Part shown: positions 18,068 to 28,461 of the stretch, one piece after another
Layout of the letters: every line of letters starts with the position of its first letter
How positions within the stretch are numbered: position 1 is the first letter of the stretch
The notes under the pieces: model-generated
Told to the model about the DNA's origin: nothing
Seen by the model: only the letters and a program-made list of their open reading frames with translations
The model's database searches: none
Program-made: the position numbers and the translations under genes
Virus record (IMG/VR): IMGVR_UViG_3300013094_000017
Coordinates: 62,001-126,000 of that record
Strand: one strand, 5' to 3'
DNA: 64,000 nt

Positions 18068-18316
18068 ATGGCACAAGAAGATCAAGTAGTAGATACACCA
18101 GAAGTAGCACCAGAACAAGCAGCACCAGCACCAGAATTAACTATTGTTGATTTACAGAATTTACGTTCAATTATTGATGTAGCATCACGTCGTGGTGCAT
18201 TTGGCGCAGCTGAAATGGCAGCAGTAGGTGGTGTATTTAATAAGCTAGATGCTTTCTTAGCAGTAGCAGCACCACAAGCACCAGCTGACGCACCTGCTGA
18301 TCAACCAGCAGCTTAA
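18068..18316 (+). CDS. hypothetical Ala/Pro-rich protein
   Basis: Start moved to ATG 18068 (AGGAG RBS); strongly biased codons. Confidence 0.75.
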   Translation: MAQEDQVVDTPEVAPEQAAPAPELTIVDLQNLRSIIDVASRRGAFGAAEMAAVGGVFNKLDAFLAVAAPQAPADAPADQPAA

Positions 18317-18327
18317 GGAGAAATAAA

Positions 18328-18915
18328 ATGAAACATATTGGTAAGATGAAAAACAATTCGGCTAGATTAGCCATTGTGTATCGTACAATACCGGGCGAGC
18401 CAAATAACTGTTTAGTTGTTGGCACACAAGGATTAGGTGATAGTTATCACGATTCACTAATGTCATTGTTAGAAAGCGATGCGGCACAACAAGCAAACGA
18501 ACTAGCAGATGCATTAGCAGTACGCAAATTCCCAGATGGTAGCGTAATGTTAGGTTATCTACATTCATACGGGCATTTGAAGAAAGTTCCTACTAATATG
18601 GTTCTTATGACTCCAGATAGTCAAACACAGATCCAGTTAGATGAATTAAATCGAATCATTGCTGACCAAAAAGGTATTACAGTTGATCAATTGGCAGTAA
18701 ACGATGGATCAGCTCCTGCTCCAAAATCTACCAAAACAGTTGAAGTAGATACTACAGATACTGCCCAAGGTAAGAAAGAGTCATTCGAAATGACTCCAGC
18801 AGAAATGCGTAGTCGTGCAGATGCTTTATATAAAGAAGCTGCTAAATTACGTAAAGACGCAGACACAATGGATCCTCCAAAAAGCAAGAAAAAAGTTGCT
18901 GCTGTAGAGGTTTAA
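18328..18915 (+). CDS. hypothetical protein
   Basis: 195-aa ORF with AAGGAG RBS. Confidence 0.8.
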   Translation: MKHIGKMKNNSARLAIVYRTIPGEPNNCLVVGTQGLGDSYHDSLMSLLESDAAQQANELADALAVRKFPDGSVMLGYLHSYGHLKKVPTNMVLMTPDSQTQIQLDELNRIIADQKGITVDQLAVNDGSAPAPKSTKTVEVDTTDTAQGKKESFEMTPAEMRSRADALYKEAAKLRKDADTMDPPKSKKKVAAVEV

Positions 18916-19404
18916 TTGATAGCGGGCGTCGTAGCAGTAGAACGTAACCAGGGCATTGGATTTGAAGGTCAGATGCCCTGGCCGCACCTTAAAGGTGATA
19001 TGAAATCATTTGTTAGATTAACAACAGATAAGATTGTAGTAATGGGCTCAACTACATGGAAGGGATTAGGTAAGCAATTGCCAAATCGTATCAATGTTGT
19101 TATTAGTTCAGAACTGCATCCAGGTGCTCATCTTACTTTTACAGATCCAGTAGAAGCTATCACAGAATTACAAGAACGGTATGCAAATAAAGATATCTTC
19201 ATCATTGGTGGTCAACAGTTATATGATAGCGTTAAAGATCTAATCAGCGTGTATTATGTAACCGAAATTGACGCAGCCTATACCTGCGATAAATTCTTTA
19301 ATCTAACCTATGTAGAAGATCACTATCCGTTAGTTGAGGAAATTGAACATTTTGAAGCCACTGACACAACCCCAGCATATACTATTAAAGAGTACAGAAA
19401 ATGA
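18916..19404 (+). CDS. folA: dihydrofolate reductase
   Basis: GIG...MPW..LKGD, VVMG, LPNRINVVIS, IIGG, CDKFF. Confidence 0.95.
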   Translation: MIAGVVAVERNQGIGFEGQMPWPHLKGDMKSFVRLTTDKIVVMGSTTWKGLGKQLPNRINVVISSELHPGAHLTFTDPVEAITELQERYANKDIFIIGGQQLYDSVKDLISVYYVTEIDAAYTCDKFFNLTYVEDHYPLVEEIEHFEATDTTPAYTIKEYRK

Positions 19405-20273
19405 AACAATACCTAGCAGCACTTAAAGATGTTTTAGAAAATGGTGATCATCGTCCTGATCGAACAGGCGTTGGCACTATTAGTAAATTTGGAGTACAAC
19501 TACGTTTTGATCTTGAAAAAGGTTTTCCAGCAGTTACAACAAAAAAACTTGCTTGGAAAAGTGTAGTTAGCGAACTACTTTGGTTTATTGAAGGTAGCGG
19601 CGATGAGCGCAGACTAGCTGAGATCCTATACGGTGATCGTATGGTAGAAAAGAAAACCATATGGACAGACAATGCTAATTCAGATTATTGGGTTGAGAAA
19701 CGCATGAAACGCAGTCCAAGTGATCTAGGTCGTATCTACGGAGTACAATGGCGCAAGTGGCGTAAACCTATAGTACGCATTAATAAGGTTATCTTACAGA
19801 ATCACGATCAATTGATAGAATTAATCGCTGGTATAAAGGAAGATCCCTACAGTCGCAGACACATCTTATCAGCCTGGAATCCCGGAGAACTTGATCTAAT
19901 GGCATTACCGCCATGTCATGTCATGTGTCAATTCTATGTAAACAATGGTCGATTAAGTTGCCAAATGTATCAACGTAGTGCTGATATGTTTTTGGGATTA
20001 CCATTTAATATTGCCAGTTACGCATTATTCACTCACATGATTGCTCAAGTTTGCCATCTTGAAGTCGGCGAGTTAGTTATTGTAATCGGTGATGCTCATA
20101 TCTATGAAAATCATATCGAGCAGGTTAAAGAGCAATTAACTCGTAAACCTTTAGCTGCTCCTACATTGAAATTAAATCCAGAGATTGATGTTATCATGGA
20201 TTTTGAAATGGATGATATTACATTAGAAGGGTACGAAAGCCACGACGCTATCAAAGCGCCGATGGCTGTTTAG
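19401..20273 (+). CDS. thyA: thymidylate synthase
   Basis: DRTG, ELLWF, YGVQWR, MALPPCH, YQRSADMFLGLPFNIASY, GDAHIY. Confidence 0.97.
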   Translation: MKQYLAALKDVLENGDHRPDRTGVGTISKFGVQLRFDLEKGFPAVTTKKLAWKSVVSELLWFIEGSGDERRLAEILYGDRMVEKKTIWTDNANSDYWVEKRMKRSPSDLGRIYGVQWRKWRKPIVRINKVILQNHDQLIELIAGIKEDPYSRRHILSAWNPGELDLMALPPCHVMCQFYVNNGRLSCQMYQRSADMFLGLPFNIASYALFTHMIAQVCHLEVGELVIVIGDAHIYENHIEQVKEQLTRKPLAAPTLKLNPEIDVIMDFEMDDITLEGYESHDAIKAPMAV

Positions 20274-20276
20274 TCT

Positions 20277-20504
20277 TTATCCAGGGTTAGCCAGCGCAGT
20301 TAGTTGAGCCTGTATTGTTGCTAACTGTGCCTGTAGATCAGAAATTGTCGGTGGTGCAGGAGGAGGTGGCGGAGGTGGAGGTGTCCATGTGCTGGTTATA
20401 TCCTCCCATCCATTGTTAATTGCTGTTTGCATGTAAGGCAGTTGATGTGATATTGTCTCATCGTATGCATATACATCGCCGTTTGGGTTTTTGAAATATC
20501 TCAT
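20277..20504 (-). CDS. putative tail fibre assembly/chaperone protein with a polyproline linker
   Basis: Directly downstream of a fibre gene; MRYFKNPNGDVYAYD, a run of eight prolines, short coiled coil. Confidence 0.55.
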   Translation of the reverse strand: MRYFKNPNGDVYAYDETISHQLPYMQTAINNGWEDITSTWTPPPPPPPPAPPTISDLQAQLATIQAQLTALANPG

Positions 20505-20513
20505 AATTTATCC

Positions 20514-22373
20514 TTAACTTAATTCTGCCCAGAAGGTACAATCTGCTTCACCTTGCCCACCGCCAACATAATATGTTGCGTCAACTGGTACAATGAAAGA
20601 TACTGCATTACCATTATTATTGTTATTATCATGAGACACGTTAAAGAAATATGTGCCATTTACATAAATTTGATAATTCCCACTTCTACCGTATCCTAAC
20701 ATAACCATTATAGGTTTTCCAGTTGAATTTGTATACGTTACTCCACAAGATCTGCTTGGGTTTGACCAAGTTTGTCCTACTCCTAATCCAGAATTAGGTG
20801 CGCTTACCCAAGTAGTACCATTAGATGTTAATACACGCCCACTTGCACCGGGTGCTACTGTCTGTAATGCAGATGTACCGTTACCTAATAATACTGAATT
20901 AGCAGTTAACGAGTTAGTTCCTATACCACCATTTGCCACAGTTAATGCAGATGCTAGGCTAGATACAGTAACATTGCTAATAGTACCTCCATTAATTGCA
21001 GCAGTTGAGGCAATTAACGAATTAACATTTAATGTGCTGCCTGAGCCAACTGTCCAATTTCCAGTAAGTGTGCCAGCCGTTGTTGGACTACCTGTGGTAA
21101 TATTTTGTGAAATAATATTTAAAGTGCTTCCAGCATTAACTGACCAATTCCCTGTTATTGTTCCGGCAGTTGTTGGCGATCCGCTTGTGATAAATTGACT
21201 AGTAACATTGCCTGCAACATTGCCTGCAACATTACCTGTAACATTGCCTGTTACATTACCTGTTAGGTTTCCGGCAAAGGTTGCTGCTACGGTATTAAAT
21301 GTCCCAGCATTGGCTGTAATATTAGTAGCAGTTACCGTAACTGCGGTCATTGTAGTTGCATAAATCCCTGCAAATTTATTGTTAGGATTACCAATATATA
21401 CCGGCGGAACATTTGATCCTGAGCCAGGCAATAATGAATTACCATCAATCATTAAGATGTTAGTTGTGGTATTATTGTATTGTAAATTGAAAGATATTTT
21501 AGTAGCATTTACTCCGGTCATCTTACCTTCAGAGTTACCGTGATCTGCGTGGAATCTAAATACCCCGCCTACTCCAACCAAAATACCATCATCAGTCGGT
21601 ACATTTAATCCGATTGAAAAATCATTTTGGTAAGTTGATTTTAACAAGAAATCACCCGGAGCATAACTTCTAGTATTATCTACTAGTCCTAATGCAGAAG
21701 ATGCAGTACCCCACAAATAATATCCAGATCCGTTCATGGTGCTGTTAGCTGATATACCAGAAGCATCAGTATCCGCTAATGTGATTCCTTTTCTAAGGGT
21801 AGGAAAATCTCCGTAGAACGATGTGGCAGTATTTACGCTGATATCTTCTGATGCCAGCACTGCTACTACAACATTAGAAGATCCGATTGGAACAATATGT
21901 TGTTCTACATAATGATTATTACCCAAGGAATCTTGTATAGTGGTTAATCCTTGACTTCCGCCACTTCCGCCGCTTCCGCCCGATGTAGACGGACCTACTG
22001 CTAGCCATTTTTTGCCAGTGTAGACATTTAACACGCTTTGGCTTTGATCAAACCATAGATCCCCTGTGGTTAAATTAGTAGGAGAGCTGCCGTTACTTGA
22101 ATATGAAGTATATGCTAGTGACACAAAATTTGTACCGTCAAATACTTTTAATTTTTTGTTAGTAGAATCATACCATAATTGGCCTGTAATAGCCTTAGGT
22201 GGTTGCGCTTTATTAGCAAAGTTTTCTAATAAATGTAAGAAATTTGTATCAATGAATCCGCCGTATCCAGCATAATTCTTACCAACAAATGTCAGGTCAG
22301 TTGATTGATTTATCGAACCGTCTTGAACAGTTGCTAGTGTAGATCCATTTGTTTTATTCAGTATGTATGGCAT
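20514..22373 (-). CDS. tail fibre protein
   Basis: Shared N-terminal VGKN..G...LLENFA...GQLWYD domain, GNVT repeats, C-terminal GVGQTW...YTNSTGKPIMV domain. Confidence 0.75.
   Translation of the reverse strand: MPYILNKTNGSTLATVQDGSINQSTDLTFVGKNYAGYGGFIDTNFLHLLENFANKAQPPKAITGQLWYDSTNKKLKVFDGTNFVSLAYTSYSSNGSSPTNLTTGDLWFDQSQSVLNVYTGKKWLAVGPSTSGGSGGSGGSQGLTTIQDSLGNNHYVEQHIVPIGSSNVVVAVLASEDISVNTATSFYGDFPTLRKGITLADTDASGISANSTMNGSGYYLWGTASSALGLVDNTRSYAPGDFLLKSTYQNDFSIGLNVPTDDGILVGVGGVFRFHADHGNSEGKMTGVNATKISFNLQYNNTTTNILMIDGNSLLPGSGSNVPPVYIGNPNNKFAGIYATTMTAVTVTATNITANAGTFNTVAATFAGNLTGNVTGNVTGNVAGNVAGNVTSQFITSGSPTTAGTITGNWSVNAGSTLNIISQNITTGSPTTAGTLTGNWTVGSGSTLNVNSLIASTAAINGGTISNVTVSSLASALTVANGGIGTNSLTANSVLLGNGTSALQTVAPGASGRVLTSNGTTWVSAPNSGLGVGQTWSNPSRSCGVTYTNSTGKPIMVMLGYGRSGNYQIYVNGTYFFNVSHDNNNNNGNAVSFIVPVDATYYVGGGQGEADCTFWAELS
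21024..21272 (-). repeat. coding repeats: a 90-nt duplication plus a 12-nt GNVT/GNVA tandem array
   Basis: ITSGSPTTAGTITGNWSV / ITTGSPTTAGTLTGNWTV; GNLT-GNVT-GNVT-GNVA-GNVA-GNVT. Confidence 0.8.
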
Positions 22374-22387
22374 TGTTTTAACCTATT

Positions 22388-24169
22388 TTATCTAAATTCT
22401 ACCCAATTAATAATTGTTTGACCATCTGAGAGGTTGTTTACTGGTTCATCCGGGCAATAGATATTAATATAGTACGATGCTCCGGGAGGAACAAAAAACT
22501 GTAATGTCATCCATCCTAAATAAGTCGGTCTCCCTGTTTGATTTACGGCCTCTCTCGTGACTTCTACTCCATTTACGTAAGCAATGGACCAAATAGCAGC
22601 ATCTTCAGTATCAGAAGTAATATCAGCTGAACTTACAGTAGCATTTACCCAAATTACGTTACCAGTTCCATTAGTGTAGGGTGTTCCAAATGTCCTAGCT
22701 CCGGTTACATTCTGATAAGATTGTCCTACTCCAAATCCAGAATATGAATAAGATCCACCTAGAGGTACTGGAATTCCATTCATTGTAATACTTGAATTGT
22801 TTAAGGATGTGTTAGGTATACCAGTAACTTTTGTTCCTGCTAATCCTGTAATCCAACTTGGATTATTATACGAGCCGTTAGTATAAACACCGTAAGTAAC
22901 TGTACCGGCGTTACCTGATACATTGCCTGTCACATTGCCTGTTACATTACCCGTTACATTACCCGTCACATTGCCAATAACACTGCCTGTGTGTGTACCA
23001 CTGGTATCACTCCAAACTACTCCTGCGCCGGTGCGTTGAACAATTTTATCTGCCACTGGAGGTACCGATGCGTTAGGTAAATTGTTTATTTGATTTTGTG
23101 TATTGCTAATTGCATTATCGATGTATAATTTAATAGCTTTTTGCGTTGGGATCCTATCATCGCCATTATGAGCAAATGTAGGATCAGTGTCCCAGCGTGC
23201 TATACTCAACAGCGTAGGATCTGTTAATGCTGTGAAACTAACGCTATTGGCATTTACTGTAGGTGCATCAATTGCGTAGGTCCAGATAGTGTTCCATCGT
23301 AATCCCGAACTGCCTAAATTTGCACCATTGTTTGCTACTGGACTCAGTCCATTTAATACATTCCATGTTCCAGCTAATTGGCTTGAATTAGTAGGTGATA
23401 TTAATTTGTTAGCAGTTACAGAACCTGCTTGAATATTTCCGCTTCCGTCTCTTTGTACAATGGTATTAGCCTGAGTTGATGTCGATGCTAGAACATAAGA
23501 TGTAGCACCATCATTTAACAATGCGTTAGCATTAGTAGCATATAGACTAGTGCCAGTTAATGTAGCATCTGTATTGCCCGCAATGTTACCATTTTTAAGT
23601 GTTATACCTTTATGTATATGAGATATGCCAGAGATTAAATTAGTAGATGACGTAACAAAGTCATCGCCACTTATTACATAAATTACTTGATCATTTACTA
23701 ATGCTTCAATAACAGGATGTGCTACATCAGCAGTGTCTAATAATGATACAGATATAAGTCTTGTAGGATTAAATCCCGGAGCTTTCTCTGGTCCAATTAA
23801 AGTAAATCCTGTACCAGTGTTAATGAATAATTGATTGTTAACGCTATCATACCACAAATTACTTGCCGACGATGCTCCGGAGGTAGATGTACTATATGAC
23901 ATCACTGCCAAAGTTTGCCATTGTGTTTCGTTATAAACTTTCAATACATTGTTAGTTTTATCAAACCATAATTGGCCTGTTAGTTTATTTGCTGGTTCTG
24001 TAGCAGCCGCAAAATTTTCTAATAAATGTAAGAAATCATTGTTCTGTATCTCACCAAACTTTGAAACATTTTTACCAACAAACGTGATACTAGACGAAAC
24101 ACTGTCAGTAAATCCGTCTGCTAATTCTAATAGTATCGTGCCGTCTGATTTTGTAATTTGGTATGCCAT
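22388..24169 (-). CDS. tail fibre protein
   Basis: Same N-terminal domain; GNVT repeats at about 22910-22990; C-terminal GVGQSY...YTNGTG domain. Confidence 0.75.
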   Translation of the reverse strand: MAYQITKSDGTILLELADGFTDSVSSSITFVGKNVSKFGEIQNNDFLHLLENFAAATEPANKLTGQLWFDKTNNVLKVYNETQWQTLAVMSYSTSTSGASSASNLWYDSVNNQLFINTGTGFTLIGPEKAPGFNPTRLISVSLLDTADVAHPVIEALVNDQVIYVISGDDFVTSSTNLISGISHIHKGITLKNGNIAGNTDATLTGTSLYATNANALLNDGATSYVLASTSTQANTIVQRDGSGNIQAGSVTANKLISPTNSSQLAGTWNVLNGLSPVANNGANLGSSGLRWNTIWTYAIDAPTVNANSVSFTALTDPTLLSIARWDTDPTFAHNGDDRIPTQKAIKLYIDNAISNTQNQINNLPNASVPPVADKIVQRTGAGVVWSDTSGTHTGSVIGNVTGNVTGNVTGNVTGNVSGNAGTVTYGVYTNGSYNNPSWITGLAGTKVTGIPNTSLNNSSITMNGIPVPLGGSYSYSGFGVGQSYQNVTGARTFGTPYTNGTGNVIWVNATVSSADITSDTEDAAIWSIAYVNGVEVTREAVNQTGRPTYLGWMTLQFFVPPGASYYINIYCPDEPVNNLSDGQTIINWVEFR

Positions 24170-24179
24170 TCTTTATTCC

Positions 24180-26036
24180 TTATGAGACAATGCTGCCGCC
24201 TTGCCATACTAATGTTCCAGACTGATTAATCACAAGGTATTCTCTAACTACTCTAGTAACTGTTGGAACAATTATTGTCGAAGCCGGAATAATACCAGCT
24301 AGGCCGGATTGTATTATCACTGTCTGTGTATTATTGTTAATATCTTTTACCTGAACACCGCTTGAATTTAATGTAATCAATTGTTGAGGACTAGCAGGTA
24401 CAGCAATTGATAAATTTGTACATATTACTCGTACTCGTGTGCCTTCACCTAAATTAAGGTATTCGTACGGTGATGGGTTATAAATTGGAAGAGCTAGATT
24501 TAGATATGGTAGAATATCTATTGCCGGATCAGCCATGCCTGTTGTATCAATTGAGAATGTAAATCCTTTTGATCCTACCAATTGTAGTCCAGCATCAACA
24601 TAGGTTTTATTTGTAGCATCATATGGGCCTGTTGGGATTGCTACGCTAGTAATTCTATTACCGGTAGCATCTACTGTGCCCGTGCCTGTTCCTGATAGAT
24701 ATAATGTTTTATTAGTTCCAGTTGCTTGAACGGTACTGTCATGTATCGTTACATTAGTAACTGTTAGAACAGACAGTATACCTAAACTCGTTAATCCTGG
24801 TGCAGACTTGATAACATTGCCCAGCGATGTTGCATTAACTACTGCGTTACCGCCAATTAAGTACGAACTAGCAGTTGAGGTAATGTTAGTATTATCATTA
24901 AAGTTCCACCCTGACCCGTTATTAACCCAGGTAATGGTATGATCAGTTGTGCCGTGTAAGGTAATACCGCCGCCTGTGGCTACGCTATCACTTGGACTAC
25001 TTTGTCCGTAGGCTAATTCTATATTCTTATCATTAATCTGTAAATTTGTAGATTGTACATTAGTAACATTACCTTGTACAACTAAATTGCCTTGTATGCG
25101 AGTATCGCCATTAATATCTACAGGATACTGAGGAATTTCTGTAAATAGGCCAACTCGTTCATTTAATGAGTCTACAGCCAATGCTGTGAAATATGCCACA
25201 GTGCTGTTTTTACTGCTAACTCCGCGAATACGTAATAGAGAATCAGTAGTATCATGCACTATGTTAGTACTGGTACTATCAACATAAATTTGTAAGTTTT
25301 GATTATTGCCAACATACAATCCAGGATTATCACTTCTAATACTTAATCCGCCAACTAAGGTTTGATCTCCTGTGTTTGCTAGATATGAATTTGGACTAAA
25401 TCCCTGCACTGAATCTGCGCTGGTTGCTGTACCTACGAATCGTATTCCCGGAATAGATTGATTTAGATTAAATCCAGGTTGTACTGAATTCATTCCATTA
25501 TGTGCAACTTCAAAGGTAAATGGTATTGCTGAGGCAATTCCCAGCAATGCGTTATTACTGTATAATGAAGCAACCACTTGAGAATTTTTAGCAGTGTCTG
25601 TTATAGTTTCTACTAACCATCCAGATTTTCCGCTGACTGCTGAATACTGCGGTCCTACTAATGTGAAGTTTGTACCATCTGGGGTAAAGTATAATTGATT
25701 ATTTCCAGAATCGATCCACAAATCGCCTTGATTAGCAATAGTAGGTTGTGTTGGTGTAACCTGCGCACCTGCTACTGGTTTGAATACTTTATCCATACCA
25801 TATACATACATACGGCCGTCAACTTTGTTGTACCATAATTGCCCAACGATCGGACTGCGCGGTTGATTTAATCCGGCAAAGTTTTCTAACAATCCTACAA
25901 GATCATTATTAAGATACTGACCGTATGAATCTACGTTCTTTCCTATTAATGCTAAACTGGTAGTAAGTTGATCAACCTTAGTATCACTCAAGGTTAATAA
26001 GATTGTTCCATCTGTTCGTGTAATTGTATATGACAT
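24180..26036 (-). CDS. tail fibre/baseplate-associated structural protein
   Basis: Same N-terminal domain; DATNKTYVD fibre motif. Confidence 0.7.
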   Translation of the reverse strand: MSYTITRTDGTILLTLSDTKVDQLTTSLALIGKNVDSYGQYLNNDLVGLLENFAGLNQPRSPIVGQLWYNKVDGRMYVYGMDKVFKPVAGAQVTPTQPTIANQGDLWIDSGNNQLYFTPDGTNFTLVGPQYSAVSGKSGWLVETITDTAKNSQVVASLYSNNALLGIASAIPFTFEVAHNGMNSVQPGFNLNQSIPGIRFVGTATSADSVQGFSPNSYLANTGDQTLVGGLSIRSDNPGLYVGNNQNLQIYVDSTSTNIVHDTTDSLLRIRGVSSKNSTVAYFTALAVDSLNERVGLFTEIPQYPVDINGDTRIQGNLVVQGNVTNVQSTNLQINDKNIELAYGQSSPSDSVATGGGITLHGTTDHTITWVNNGSGWNFNDNTNITSTASSYLIGGNAVVNATSLGNVIKSAPGLTSLGILSVLTVTNVTIHDSTVQATGTNKTLYLSGTGTGTVDATGNRITSVAIPTGPYDATNKTYVDAGLQLVGSKGFTFSIDTTGMADPAIDILPYLNLALPIYNPSPYEYLNLGEGTRVRVICTNLSIAVPASPQQLITLNSSGVQVKDINNNTQTVIIQSGLAGIIPASTIIVPTVTRVVREYLVINQSGTLVWQGGSIVS

Positions 26037-26048
26037 AGTCTTCTATTC

Positions 26049-27800
26049 TTAATATTTAATCATGTATCTAACCACATAGGTCGAAGTGTTCACCGAGTTC
26101 GATGGAACAATATTGTTTAAGTTTGGAACATTAAATGACGCAGGTCCTGTCTGTCCGTATGGCAGAGTTGTACCTCCTAATGCTGTATATAGCGCACTGT
26201 AAATTCCACTTGAACTATAAGAGGCACCATCACACCATAACCATCCGGAAGGAGGAGTTGTACCAATAGTAGGAGATAACATTATAAATCCAGGATACAC
26301 TATATTAGTATATACATCAGATAAGAAATTTTGTTTATTAATCTTATACGGTGTAGCAGTAGGTGATTGACTTGGATCTGATATAAGCATTGTCCAAGTT
26401 CCCGCAGCGGAAGTTGCCGTTGTCTGCGCAGAAATCGAAGAATTATTTAAGGTAGCAACTAAATTAATCGCTTGTGTTCCGTTAAACGCCTGTTGATCAG
26501 CAGTAACCTGTCCAGATATTGAAAATGCTCTCGGGTTGGTTAATTGGTCAGCAGTGTATGCCGATCCTTCTAATCTTGTTGTGCCTGTTCCGATGTAATC
26601 AACCCACACTCTACGGAAGTGATTATCAATTGTTCCTAGATCATAGGTTGACGGTGTAGAAGGAATTATTGCTGCGCTGGTATTGGTTGATGATACTGAT
26701 ATTGTGTCAACAAACGTTGAATTAGCAGTAACCGTTAGGTTACGATTAAGTTGTACATCACTGCCAACTGTTACTGAGCCAGTAACCTTTAATGCATTTG
26801 TAATTGTAGTAATTCCAGAAATTAATACAGTTCCATTAACATCTAATGTAGCATTTGGATTAGAATTAACGCTGTTAATACCAACACGTTGATTTTGTCC
26901 AGATATCGTTAATATACTGTTACGTATACCATTACTATCAATCTTAAAGATAATATTAGCAGAATCAGCAATATTTGTTATAACTGCATCTTGCCCTGTT
27001 TTGGTTAACAGGAAAGTAGACGAAGTTAATCCAATGCTTAGGCCGCCATTATTGTTTATTGTTAGTACTTCAGTTAATGATTGTGGTATATCTTTTCTAA
27101 AGAAACTATTAGCTGAAATTACCTGTGTAGCAGGCACCGTTACCGCCAATGCTGCTGCCTGAGTAGCAACACCATTAAATGTTGGTGCTATTCCGTTGTA
27201 TAATTGTGTGCTTAGATTCACCCCCGGAGTTAATAAATTAAATCCTTCAATAACCGCAGATGGTCTAAATGAATCTTGAGCAATAATAGTAAGCACATTG
27301 CCATTAAGATAATTTTTGATTACGTAATGATATGCTCCGTCGGTTCCTAGAATCGAATCTGGATAATTACCAGTTTGATATGTTGAACTAAAACTTGGTC
27401 CAACTAAGGTAAAACTACTACCATTCCAAATGTTTAATTGATTATATGTTGTGTCAACCCAAATATCACCCAATCTAGCATTAGTAGGTGCTGTTAGTGT
27501 TCTAAATACTCCGCCTAGTTCTGGCGAATTGCTGTTTAAACCAGACCCGTCATTGATACGTAATCTTTTGTTTACACTGTCTGATGTATCATACCAAAGT
27601 TGTCCTTCAGTGGTGTTAGTTGGAGGTGTAGGTGCTGCAAAATTTTCTAATAAATGTAATAAATCACTAGCGATCACTGGTCCAAATCCAGAAGCATTGC
27701 GGCCAACTAGGCCTATACTGGTACTATAATCAATAGTACCTGTATTGATGGTAATAGGTGTTTTAGAAAGATCTGAATGATTTATTGTATATGCTGACAT
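26049..27800 (-). CDS. short tail fibre protein with a tail-collar domain
   Basis: Same N-terminal domain; C-terminal PSGWLWCDG...YSALY...FNVPNL...YMIKY collar motif. Confidence 0.8.
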   Translation of the reverse strand: MSAYTINHSDLSKTPITINTGTIDYSTSIGLVGRNASGFGPVIASDLLHLLENFAAPTPPTNTTEGQLWYDTSDSVNKRLRINDGSGLNSNSPELGGVFRTLTAPTNARLGDIWVDTTYNQLNIWNGSSFTLVGPSFSSTYQTGNYPDSILGTDGAYHYVIKNYLNGNVLTIIAQDSFRPSAVIEGFNLLTPGVNLSTQLYNGIAPTFNGVATQAAALAVTVPATQVISANSFFRKDIPQSLTEVLTINNNGGLSIGLTSSTFLLTKTGQDAVITNIADSANIIFKIDSNGIRNSILTISGQNQRVGINSVNSNPNATLDVNGTVLISGITTITNALKVTGSVTVGSDVQLNRNLTVTANSTFVDTISVSSTNTSAAIIPSTPSTYDLGTIDNHFRRVWVDYIGTGTTRLEGSAYTADQLTNPRAFSISGQVTADQQAFNGTQAINLVATLNNSSISAQTTATSAAGTWTMLISDPSQSPTATPYKINKQNFLSDVYTNIVYPGFIMLSPTIGTTPPSGWLWCDGASYSSSGIYSALYTALGGTTLPYGQTGPASFNVPNLNNIVPSNSVNTSTYVVRYMIKY

Positions 27801-27804
27801 TTAA

Positions 27805-28461
27805 TTAACTTCCGTTAGTTAGACTTTGAATTCTAACTGTGTAATCTATCTGTATCATTCTGTTCAATGCTTTTTGTACAGGATGGAAAATAACATGAGT
27901 TAGCAATGGGCCTGTATTAGCACCAGCTGAACTGTATCCTCGCAATCCTAACTCATCAAACACAAATGTACCGTCTTGGTTTACGCTGGTGTCAAACGCT
28001 GCTTGACCACTTGGTTCGCCAAAGTCCAATAAGCAAGTAACTAATACATCCGAATAAGGTGTACCAGGTACATGACGAACTTCCATAAAGTTCCTAGATG
28101 GGTCAACATCATACGGACTTTGACCATCTACTATTTTGTAATATTGTTGGTTGTATAAGGCTGCATTAGATCCAACAGTGTTTGGTGTCAAATATGTAAT
28201 AATGCCAGTTGGATCAACTCTACTACCACCGTTGCCAAATGCCATTTCAGAAATAAATCCACCGTTGTTTGAGATGCTGTTAGCCAATGCTATTGAAAAG
28301 TTTTCATAGTGAATAGCATTACGCTTGTCTACGAATACTTCCTTAGTCTCAGGATCATGTATTTTGATGTGTCCTTGGATACGTACTGTTCCCATTTCGT
28401 TAGGTTTTTTTGTATTATTTTCCATAGTTTCTTTCATCTTTTCAGTTTTAGACTTGTCCAT
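27805..28461 (-). CDS. virion structural protein
   Basis: 218 aa within the tail module; FDELGL...LTHVIFHPVQK; late-like GATAAATA at 28467-28474. Confidence 0.6.
   Translation of the reverse strand: MDKSKTEKMKETMENNTKKPNEMGTVRIQGHIKIHDPETKEVFVDKRNAIHYENFSIALANSISNNGGFISEMAFGNGGSRVDPTGIITYLTPNTVGSNAALYNQQYYKIVDGQSPYDVDPSRNFMEVRHVPGTPYSDVLVTCLLDFGEPSGQAAFDTSVNQDGTFVFDELGLRGYSSAGANTGPLLTHVIFHPVQKALNRMIQIDYTVRIQSLTNGS

Noticed and set aside
9871-18918. In-frame stop-start junctions (queE/metK, 18915/18916, also 14148/14149 and 59452/59453) suggesting readthrough or stop-codon recoding
   Set aside because: All are TAA, each protein is full-length alone, and very long ORFs are intact in the standard code; translational coupling is sufficient.
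19401-20273. thyA as a dCMP hydroxymethylase feeding the glycosyltransferase
   Set aside because: It has Asn in PFNIASY and full canonical TS motifs next to DHFR, indicating ordinary dUMP methylation.
21202-22990. Short tandem repeats as a possible CRISPR-like array
   Set aside because: They are in-frame 12-nt coding repeats (GNVT) without unique spacers.
20514-27800. Diversity-generating retroelement or invertible cassette acting on the fibre genes
   Set aside because: No reverse transcriptase, recombinase, or near-identical template/variable repeat pair seen in the window.
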